From Deltaproteobacteria bacterium (lineage in GTDB: Bacteria; Myxococcota; Kuafuiibacteriia; Kuafuiibacteriales; Kuafuiibacteriaceae), in the NCBI GenBank assembly GCA_040218735.1, contig JAVJQW010000038.1, positions 224,001 through 288,000 of the forward strand: a stretch of DNA of 64,000 nt. The letters are read 5' to 3'. The translations under genes and the position numbers were made by a program. This document shows positions 10,494-17,285 of this stretch, piece after piece. The notes below the pieces were generated by a model that saw only the letters and a list, made by a program, of their open reading frames with translations, was not told the origin of the DNA and searched no databases. Position 1 is the first letter of the stretch. Each line of letters opens with the position of its first letter.

Positions 10494-12011
10494 GTGTCCC
10501 GGACGTACCGTGCGCTCCTCTTCGCGCTCCTCGCGTCCCCCGGGCTCATCCCGCTCGTCGCGCCGTATCTGCCGTTCCAGGATTGGCCCGGTCACCTCGG
10601 CGTGATCGGCGCGCTGATCCACCTCGACGATCCGGCCGCCAACATCCGCGAGCTGCTCGAGTTCAAGGGGTGGTTCGGTCCGAACCGCGCGCTGTACTGG
10701 ATGGGCACGCTCTTCGGCCGGGTGCTCGGGCCGATGCTCGGCGGGCAGCTCCTCCTCGCGATCGTGATGGGCAGCCTCGGGCCCGCGATGTGGTGGCTGT
10801 GTCGCGCTTCGGGGACCGACGAACGCGTCGCGCTGCTCGCGCTACCGCTCGCGCTCGGGCGGCACCTGTACTGCGGCTTCGTGCTCAACGCCGCGGGGCT
10901 CACGTTCCTCGTCCTGGCGATCGCGGCGTACTTCGACGTGCTGCGACGACCGGAGCTGAAACCCACGTTGCGCCTCGCGGCGGTGCTGTTCCTGATCCCG
11001 TTCTTCCACGGCTTCTTCCACCTCGTGAGCGTCGGCCTCATCGCGTGGTGCATCCTCCTCGCGCTCGTGCAGCGCCGCTGGCGCGCGGCGCTCGCGGGGG
11101 TGGTGACCTCCGCGCTGTCGTTCGTCGCGCTCGTGCCGCAGCTGTCGTCGATCGGCGGCGACCCGAACGCACCTTCGCTCTACACCGCGGTGACGACCGC
11201 GGCGGCGAACGCGGACCGGTCGCGGCTCGGCGTGGAGCTGTGGGAGTGGCTGTTCGCTTCGTATCGCTACAGCGCGGTCGACGATTGGTTCCAGGGGATC
11301 TGGATCGCGATGCTGGTGATGCTGCTGCTCGTCGCCGTTGCGTTCGAGCGGCGCCACTTCTTCACGGGCCTTCGTTGGTACCTGTTCTTCATGGCCGGTG
11401 TGACGGCGGTGATGTTCTGGTGGCTGCCTTCGTACATCGGTCCGCCGCTCAACTGGTGGGGCGGCAACCTCCGCCTCCCGATCGTGATCGCCGCGCTGCT
11501 GGTGCCGACCGTCGGGCTCGTCGGTCAGATGCGCGCGCAGAACTTCATCCGCGTGGCGGCGGCGTTCTCGGTGTTGGTCGTGGCGGTCGCCGCCGCGGAT
11601 CTCGTGCGCTTCTCCTACGGGGAGATGGATGGCCTCACCGAGGTGATCGAGGTGATGCCGCCCGGCAAGAAGATCTCCTCGATCCACTACACACCGCGCG
11701 AGGTCCACGAGTACCCCGGCGAGCCGCACGGCTACGTCGGCAACTACTACACGCTCGTGAAGGGCGGCGTGACGCCGCACGATCTCTTCGAGGTGAAGGA
11801 CATCCCGTTCGCGCGGAAGGAGCGCCTCCCGTCGCCGCCGTGGGGCAGCGGCGGAGGTTTCAGGTACAACCTGCACGCGCCCGCGTTCGACGGGTTCCTC
11901 GTGCGCGTCGCGCCGAACGCACCCGACGCACCGTTTCGAAAGGACGACCCGCGCGTGACGCTCGTGAAGTCGGCCGGCAACTGGCGCTACTACCGGCGCA
12001 ACACCCCCTGA
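10494..12011 (+). CDS. polytopic membrane protein, possibly a GT-C type glycosyltransferase
   Basis: Many TM segments; PFQDWPGH motif after the first TM; soluble C-terminal domain. Confidence 0.65.
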   Translation: MSRTYRALLFALLASPGLIPLVAPYLPFQDWPGHLGVIGALIHLDDPAANIRELLEFKGWFGPNRALYWMGTLFGRVLGPMLGGQLLLAIVMGSLGPAMWWLCRASGTDERVALLALPLALGRHLYCGFVLNAAGLTFLVLAIAAYFDVLRRPELKPTLRLAAVLFLIPFFHGFFHLVSVGLIAWCILLALVQRRWRAALAGVVTSALSFVALVPQLSSIGGDPNAPSLYTAVTTAAANADRSRLGVELWEWLFASYRYSAVDDWFQGIWIAMLVMLLLVAVAFERRHFFTGLRWYLFFMAGVTAVMFWWLPSYIGPPLNWWGGNLRLPIVIAALLVPTVGLVGQMRAQNFIRVAAAFSVLVVAVAAADLVRFSYGEMDGLTEVIEVMPPGKKISSIHYTPREVHEYPGEPHGYVGNYYTLVKGGVTPHDLFEVKDIPFARKERLPSPPWGSGGGFRYNLHAPAFDGFLVRVAPNAPDAPFRKDDPRVTLVKSAGNWRYYRRNTP

Positions 12012-12063
12012 CGCGCCGCGCCACGCTTGACACCGTCGCGGGCGGCGGGCTTCTTCGACGCCG

Positions 12064-12957
12064 GTGACGTTACCGCCGGCCCTGTTCAAGCTCGTCGCGC
12101 TTCCGTTCGAGCGTGAACGTTACGTGGCGCGTGTCCAAGGGATCGTCGCGCGCTACGAGGCCATGCTGGGGGTGGTCGACGCGTCGCCCGACCACCGTCG
12201 ACGCCGCCAGGTCGAGCTCATGTACACCCACCCGTCGGCGTGGTCGGAGCTCGAGTCGATCGATCGCGAGGAGATCATCCGACGACGCGAGCTCGCGCGC
12301 ACGGAGCTCACCGCGGTGCGTGCTGCGGCGCCCCTGCCGGCGCCCGCCACCCGTGAGGAGCGAACCCGCGTGCTCGCGCTCGCGGACTTCGAGTGGCTCG
12401 CGCGTCACGTGCGCACCCTCGCGCGTCGTGCACGTCGCTTCGGCATCGCGGCGGCGATCGATCACCACGTCGAGAACGCGGCGGATCCGATCGGGGGCCT
12501 CGACGCCCTGGTCGTCGAAGCGCTCGCGAGTGTCCCGCGCGGGGCGCGCCACGGCGCGCTGAGGAAGCTCGTCGCGGTGCGGCACCAGTGCCCGCCGTTC
12601 GAGCACGAGCTCCTCGGGCGCGCGAAGAACCCGACGAACGTCGACCGCACCGTGGTCGGGCGCTTCGAAGATCTCCGCGAAGGTCGCGCCAAGCGCGTCG
12701 AGATCGCGGACCAGATGATCGCGGTCTTCAAACACGAAGGCCGACTCCGCGCGATCGAAGACACCTGCCCGCACCGCGGCGGTCCCCTCGGCAAGGGGGA
12801 GATCGACGAACACGGCTGTGTGCGTTGCCCGTTGCACGGGTGGCCGTTCGATCTCACGACCGGACGCATGCGCGGGAACGAGAACCTCGGCGTGAAGACG
12901 TTCGAGTCCGGCGTCGACGACGACGGCAACATCTGGGTCGGGTCCGAAGCGACGTGA
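12064..12957 (+). CDS. Rieske [2Fe-2S] ferredoxin (NirD-like) with N-terminal helical domain
   Basis: CPHRGGPL and CPLHGWPFDLTTG Rieske motifs in the C-terminal ~100 aa. Confidence 0.85.
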   Translation: MTLPPALFKLVALPFERERYVARVQGIVARYEAMLGVVDASPDHRRRRQVELMYTHPSAWSELESIDREEIIRRRELARTELTAVRAAAPLPAPATREERTRVLALADFEWLARHVRTLARRARRFGIAAAIDHHVENAADPIGGLDALVVEALASVPRGARHGALRKLVAVRHQCPPFEHELLGRAKNPTNVDRTVVGRFEDLREGRAKRVEIADQMIAVFKHEGRLRAIEDTCPHRGGPLGKGEIDEHGCVRCPLHGWPFDLTTGRMRGNENLGVKTFESGVDDDGNIWVGSEAT

Positions 12958-14732
12958 GCGCGTTCCTCCCGGTCGTCGTCCTCGGGCTCGTCACCGCACC
13001 GGTGGCGTCCGAGCGGTGGCGTCCGCCCGAGCTCGTCGTGAAGGCGCCGCCGCCGATCACCGAGTTCGAAGCGCTGGAGGAGATCGCGCTGTCATACCTC
13101 GGGCGCCCCTACGTGATGGGGGGCGTCGGGAGCCCGGGCTTCGACTGCTCGGGGTTCGTGTGCCGCGTGTACGCGGAGTCGGGTTACGCGATCCCGCGGG
13201 TGTCGCGCGACCAGGCGAAGGCGGGGGAGAAGGTGCCGCTCGACGCCATCGCGCCCGGCGACCTGGTGTTCTTCGCGGAGAAGGGGCGGCCGATCTCCCA
13301 CGTCGGGCTGTACCTCGGCGACGGCGAGCTGGCGCACGCGTCCACCGGGCAGGGGCGGGTGGTCGTCGCGCGGATGTCGGCGCGGTGGTTCTCGGATCGC
13401 TTCGTGGAGGCGCGTCGCATCCTGACGAGCACGACGGGGGAACCTTGGGACCCTTCGCAGAGTCCAACTCCGTACGTGGCCCCGACGGAGGAGCTGGTGG
13501 AGCACCGCGGCGACACGCTGCTGCTGCCGATGTTGCGTCGCCCGGCGCGGGTGCCGGCGCCGCGCTACGGGCCCGATCTGATCGGGGCGGACGTCACGTC
13601 GGTGGCGGTGCGGAGCGCGTTCGTCGGCGAGGACGGCGAGCTCGCGTTCACGTTGACGCCGGAGGCGACGCTCACGTTCGAGTCGATCGCGTTGCGTGCG
13701 TCGGTTGCGGTGCCGGTGCGCTTCCCGTTCGACGCGCGGCCCACGGTCGGGACGTTCGACGGCTTCGGCGACTACACCCGGTTCCTCCGGCACCTGTCGC
13801 TCGGCGTCGAGGACGCCGACCTCGAGCTGGTGCTGTCGCGCTTCTCGGAGCTGTCGCTGTTGTCCGGCTTCGTGATGGACCAGGTGGTGCCGTCCACCGA
13901 GGTGCGCGCGGTGCCGGGGTTCGCGGTGCAGCGGACGCCGCTGTCGTTCTTCGGGCGGGCGCGTTCGTCGTGGTTCGAGGCGGAGGCGACGATCGACGAC
14001 GTGATCGACCCCGCGATCTTCGGCGGTGGGGTGCGGGTGCCGATTCAGCTCGCGCCGATCGCGTTGGGCGCCGCGGTCGCGACGGACCAGCGCGCGCGGG
14101 TGACGTCGGGGCTTCGGGCGATCACGACGGCGGAGGCGCAGCTGTTGGGGCAGCTCGTCGACACGCGGGAGTGGACGCTCGACGCGCACCTCGACGTCGG
14201 TGTGATGGGCGCGCTCGACGACTCGGGGTTCGGGACGACGTTCAGCCTCGAGGGTGAGCGACGTTTCTACGGTGCGACCTCGGTGACCTTGGAGCTGGAG
14301 GCGGGCTACGCCGGGTCGCACTTCGTGCCGGGGTTGTTCGGGCCGACGTACGCGCACGAGCGTCGCGCGCACCTGGAGGCGATGGACGCGACGGTGGGCC
14401 GGCCGACGCTCGGCGGGCGGACGGCGGTGCGGTTCGGGAAGCTCGCCATGGAGGTCGGCTACGGGCAGAGCATCGGGGCGAACCGCGCGGCGATCGACCG
14501 GCGTCTGCAGGTCGTGTTGGAGGCGCAGTCCTTGTCGTTGTTCGGAACGCGGTTGTTGGATCTGCGCGTCGCGTATGCGTCGCGCGCGCCGTTCGGCGAC
14601 GAGCCGACGCTCGACATGTTGCAGGGCGGAGCGCGGCTGAGGCTGTTCAGCTGGCTGTTCGCGGAGGCCTACGCGCAGAAGGGTCGCGCGTTCGAAGCCG
14701 GCGCGGGGGTGACGGTGGCGTGGCTCCCCTGA
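12954..14732 (+). CDS. NlpC/P60 (C40) peptidase fused to a probable beta-barrel domain
   Basis: YLGRPYVMGG...GFDCSGFV, PGDLVFF, HVGLYLG, HAS. C-terminal amphipathic beta strands ending AGVTVAWLP. GTG start coupled to the upstream stop. Confidence 0.8.
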   Translation: MSAFLPVVVLGLVTAPVASERWRPPELVVKAPPPITEFEALEEIALSYLGRPYVMGGVGSPGFDCSGFVCRVYAESGYAIPRVSRDQAKAGEKVPLDAIAPGDLVFFAEKGRPISHVGLYLGDGELAHASTGQGRVVVARMSARWFSDRFVEARRILTSTTGEPWDPSQSPTPYVAPTEELVEHRGDTLLLPMLRRPARVPAPRYGPDLIGADVTSVAVRSAFVGEDGELAFTLTPEATLTFESIALRASVAVPVRFPFDARPTVGTFDGFGDYTRFLRHLSLGVEDADLELVLSRFSELSLLSGFVMDQVVPSTEVRAVPGFAVQRTPLSFFGRARSSWFEAEATIDDVIDPAIFGGGVRVPIQLAPIALGAAVATDQRARVTSGLRAITTAEAQLLGQLVDTREWTLDAHLDVGVMGALDDSGFGTTFSLEGERRFYGATSVTLELEAGYAGSHFVPGLFGPTYAHERRAHLEAMDATVGRPTLGGRTAVRFGKLAMEVGYGQSIGANRAAIDRRLQVVLEAQSLSLFGTRLLDLRVAYASRAPFGDEPTLDMLQGGARLRLFSWLFAEAYAQKGRAFEAGAGVTVAWLP

Positions 14733-14767
14733 CGCGAAGTCGAACGAGATGTGGCAGAGTCGGCGCG

Positions 14768-15655
14768 ATGCGTTGGCTGCTCCTGCTCTTGGTCGCTCTG
14801 TCGTTTGCTTGCGAGGGCAAGCTCGACAAGGAGCGTTTCCGTCGTCGCGCGGAGAAGGCGTACATCGAGGTCAACTCGGGTTGGACGATCATCAAGCGCG
14901 ACCTGCACGAGACGATCTTCGTGCGCGGCGATCAGGTCGACACACTCGACGTCCAGACGATGTTCGAGGACTACGAGAAGAGCGGTCAGAAGGGGTCGGA
15001 CTATTTCGAGGCCTGGATGGCGGAGCGCAAGGCGGAGGCCGAGGCGCGCCGGCGAACGCTGGAGCAGGCCAAGTCGGAGGTCATCCCGATCATCAAGAGC
15101 GAGAAGTGGATTCGGGTGCAGGACCTCGGGGCGATCGGACCGGAGCGCATCCGCGACCAGATTCGCCCATGGCGGCAGGAGGTCGCGCCCGACGTCTTCG
15201 CGGTCCTCGGCATCCCCGAGGAGAAGCTCGGCTATCGCTTCGCCTCGATCGAAGAGGTGAAGGCGTCGAAGGTCTCGGACGACGCGTGGATGAAGATCGG
15301 CATGGAGAACGTCCGCCGCATCGTCGGTGAGCCGACCGGCCAAGAGATGCGCATGGAGGACAAACTGAAGGTCTTCGACCTGAAGAACGTCGACGGCGTC
15401 TCCGCGCTGCTGCTGGACCCGCGCTTCCGCGCGAACATGCTCGAGAAGTTCTCGCTGTCAGAGCTGGGCGCGGCGGTGCCGATCCGCAACGTGCTGATCG
15501 TGTTCGACCCGGCGGACTTCACCACGATCAAACCCATCCGCGCGCGCGCGCGGCAGCTGTATGACTCGCAGAACCACCCGGGGTTCAGGGGGTTGTTGAG
15601 GTTCGATAAGAACGTGGTGACGGTGCTGGACTCGGGGGAGGACAAGAAGAAGTAG
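14768..15655 (+). CDS. hypothetical lipoprotein (possibly DUF1444-like)
   Basis: Lipobox LSFAC; [12 protein letters not shown] motif; strongly coding codon bias. Confidence 0.7.
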   Translation: MRWLLLLLVALSFACEGKLDKERFRRRAEKAYIEVNSGWTIIKRDLHETIFVRGDQVDTLDVQTMFEDYEKSGQKGSDYFEAWMAERKAEAEARRRTLEQAKSEVIPIIKSEKWIRVQDLGAIGPERIRDQIRPWRQEVAPDVFAVLGIPEEKLGYRFASIEEVKASKVSDDAWMKIGMENVRRIVGEPTGQEMRMEDKLKVFDLKNVDGVSALLLDPRFRANMLEKFSLSELGAAVPIRNVLIVFDPADFTTIKPIRARARQLYDSQNHPGFRGLLRFDKNVVTVLDSGEDKKK

Positions 15656-15662
15656 AGGGGAT

Positions 15663-15916
15663 CGGATTCGGACACGGACTCGGATTCGGTTTACGGACAC
15701 GGATTCGGTTACGGACACGGATTCGGACACGGATTCGGTTACGGACACGGATTCGGTTACGGACACGGATTCGGACACGGACACGGACACGGATTCGGAC
15801 ACGGACACGGATTCGGACACGGACACGGATTCGGTTGCGGACTCGGATTCGGATTCGGACACGGACTCGGATTCGGCTACGGACTCGGATTCGGTTACGG
15901 ACTCGGATTCGGAATC
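15663..15916. repeat. (CGGNNN)n hexamer tandem array, about 42 units
   Basis: Units CGGATT/CGGACA/CGGACT/CGGTTA with one 1-nt slip; intergenic. Confidence 0.95.
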
Positions 15917-15950
15917 TGCTGGCGGCGCCCCTCGCGGAGCGCCGCCGGCA
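15917..15950 (-). other. GCGA-tetraloop hairpin 3' of the left four-helix-bundle gene
   Basis: Minus strand reads TGCCGGCGGCGCTCC-GCGA-GGGGCGCCGCCAGCA, a 15-bp stem with one mismatch and one G-U pair. Confidence 0.85.
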
Positions 15951-15960
15951 TGACCTTCGC

Positions 15961-16314
15961 CTAATGCGTCAGCCGATACAGCATCGCGTTAATCCTATCG
16001 ATGAGCTCCATGCTCACCGCGGCGTCCTCCGCCTTCACGTACCCCCAGGCCACCGCCACGCGCAGCGCGCAACGCACTTCGTCCGCGCTGCCCGCAGCCA
16101 CCGTGTAGTGATATGTCCTCGACCCGCCCTCCCGTCGACGCCCCTCACCGAGATTCAGCGCCACCGAGCTCGCGGCGTCCCGAATCTGCTTCGCCAAGCT
16201 CGCGTCCTTCTTTCGGATCTTGCTCACCACGTCGACGAGTTCCTCGATGAGCTCCACGCTCACCTCCAGAACGATGAACCGACCAGGAGAGGCTGCATTG
16301 TTTTTTCTGTTCAT
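15961..16314 (-). CDS. four-helix bundle protein (23S rRNA IVP / Avd-like family)
   Basis: LAKQIRDAASSVALNLGEG...AGSADE...AWGY matches the family motif QxRRAxxSIxxNIAEG...GSxxE; GGAGG RBS. Confidence 0.9.
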   Translation of the reverse strand: MNRKNNAASPGRFIVLEVSVELIEELVDVVSKIRKKDASLAKQIRDAASSVALNLGEGRRREGGSRTYHYTVAAGSADEVRCALRVAVAWGYVKAEDAAVSMELIDRINAMLYRLTH

Positions 16315-16426
16315 ACCTCCCCCCGGCGCAGGCGGCGTGACGAACGGCCCTCCCTTCGTTCGGTTACTTTGAGTGGAATCTATTCGGTGGCTCGGTCGTG
16401 GTGGGGAATCGGAACCATAGGCCGAT

Positions 16427-16441
16427 CGGCACGACGGTTGC
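16427..16441 (+). promoter_or_regulatory. putative sigma54 -24/-12 promoter
   Basis: CGGCACG-ACGG-TTGC with exact GG-N10-GC spacing; predicted +1 near 16453. Confidence 0.7.
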
Positions 16442-16455
16442 GCTGCACATAAGGG

Positions 16456-16479
16456 ATGAACAGAAAAAACAATGCAGCC
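16456..16479 (+). repeat. inverted copy of the first 24 nt of gene 15961-16314
   Basis: ATGAACAGAAAAAACAATGCAGCC is the 24/24 reverse complement of 16291-16314. Confidence 0.95.
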
Positions 16480-16616
16480 GTCGGCCGGTAGCTCGGTGTG
16501 TGCACCTCAACCAAGAAGACGGAGAGAGAGTCCTCCCCTTCAATCCTGCAGAAGAAAGAACCTCTCCCGTCAAAGTGCCTTAGGGAGTTGAAACCATCCC
16601 CAGTACCACGACCCCC

Positions 16617-16640
16617 GGCCGAGTCCTTGGTTGGGTTCAC
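16617..16640 (-). repeat. inverted copy of the first 24 nt of gene 16716-17063
   Basis: Minus strand GTGAACCCAACCAAGGACTCGGCC versus gene ATGAACCCAACCAAGAACTCGACC, 21/24. Confidence 0.92.
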
Positions 16641-16654
16641 ACCCTTTGAGCAGC

Positions 16655-16670
16655 GCAACGGACGCGCCAA
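16655..16670 (-). promoter_or_regulatory. putative sigma54 -24/-12 promoter
   Basis: Minus strand TTGGCGCG-TCCG-TTGC with exact GG-N10-GC spacing; predicted +1 near 16643. Confidence 0.7.
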
Positions 16671-16715
16671 GGCCCGCAGACGGTCCTTGTCACGCCCCCT
16701 GCGCTGAAGGGGGGC

Positions 16716-17063
16716 ATGAACCCAACCAAGAACTCGACCTACCGCTTCGTGGCGCTCGACGTGGCGCTGGAGATGATTCGTCAGCTCCGAGAGCCGCTTG
16801 CGAAGATTCGAAAGCACGATGCGGATTTGGCGAAGCAGATTCGGAAGGCGGCGGCGTCGGTGCCGTTGAACGTCGCGGAGGGGAGCCGGCGCGCGGGGGG
16901 CGATAGAGCGTATGCGTTCCGAGTTGCGCTCGGGAGCGCCGACGAAGTGCGCGCGGCGTTGCTGTGCGCGGATGCGTGGGGGTACGCGGAGGTGGACGAG
17001 GAGCTACTGGCGACGCTGGATCGCTTGATGGGGCTCATCTGGGGGCTCGGCGGTAGGCGGTAG
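16716..17063 (+). CDS. four-helix bundle protein (23S rRNA IVP / Avd-like family)
   Basis: LAKQIRKAAASVPLNVAEG...GSADE...AWGY; clear paralog of the left gene. Confidence 0.9.
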   Translation: MNPTKNSTYRFVALDVALEMIRQLREPLAKIRKHDADLAKQIRKAAASVPLNVAEGSRRAGGDRAYAFRVALGSADEVRAALLCADAWGYAEVDEELLATLDRLMGLIWGLGGRR

Positions 17064-17065
17064 AG

Positions 17066-17107
17066 GAGGAGGCTCGGCGCCGTCGCGAGGCGGCGCCGAG
17101 CCTCTTC
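17066..17107 (+). other. GCGA-tetraloop hairpin 3' of the right four-helix-bundle gene
   Basis: GAGGAGGCTCGGCGCCGTC-GCGA-GGCGGCGCCGAGCCTCTTC, a 19-bp stem with two G-U pairs. Confidence 0.9.
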
Positions 17108-17117
17108 GATCGCGACT

Positions 17118-17285
17118 CGGAAACGGAGACGGACTCGGATTCGGACTCGGACTCGGACTCGGACTCGGATTCGGATTCGGACTCGGATTCGGACTCGGAT
17201 TCGGATTCGGAATCGGACGCGGAATCGGAATCGGAATCGGAATCGGAATCGGAATCGGAATCGGATTCGGTAACGGATTCGGACT
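17118..17285. repeat. (CGGNNN)n hexamer tandem array, about 28 units
   Basis: Units CGGACT/CGGATT/CGGAAT; ends in hairpin GGATTCGGAC-ttggt-GTCCGAATCC (17275-17299). Confidence 0.95.

Noticed and set aside
6963-10622. Very long alternative-frame ORFs (e.g. 6963-10622, 17285-20305, 33138-36440, 42192-45191, 48327-50924)
   Set aside because: Arg/Pro/Ala-rich shadow frames of real genes, expected in very GC-rich DNA.
15458-15862. ORFs encoding SESESV / RIRIRT / DSDSES / PNPSP (also 15835-16452, 17004-17393, 17035-17331)
   Set aside because: Translations of stop-free hexamer arrays that overlap real genes and lack RBS support.
16364-16817. Small ORFs in the spacer between the four-helix genes (16364-16573, 16380-16817, 16398-16583, 16498-16707)
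   Set aside because: Atypical codon usage, no recognisable motifs, and overlap with the regulatory repeats. Short peptides from the duplicated start codons cannot be excluded.
15961-17063. Complete diversity-generating retroelement (Avd-like genes, A-specific mismatches, hairpins)
   Set aside because: No reverse transcriptase was recognised in the window, and there is no ~100-bp TR/VR pair. The repeats are 24 bp, inverted and at gene starts. Kept only as an analogy.
15961-17063. 23S rRNA intervening sequence
   Set aside because: No rRNA sequence flanks the genes; both neighbours are protein-coding.
17066-17107. Classical rho-independent terminator
   Set aside because: No U-tract on either side, so it is reported as a hairpin of unknown role. 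Termination in a high-GC organism remains possible.
15663-17285. Hexamer arrays as a CRISPR array
   Set aside because: Six-bp tandem units with no unique spacers, no 23-47 bp direct repeat and no cas genes.
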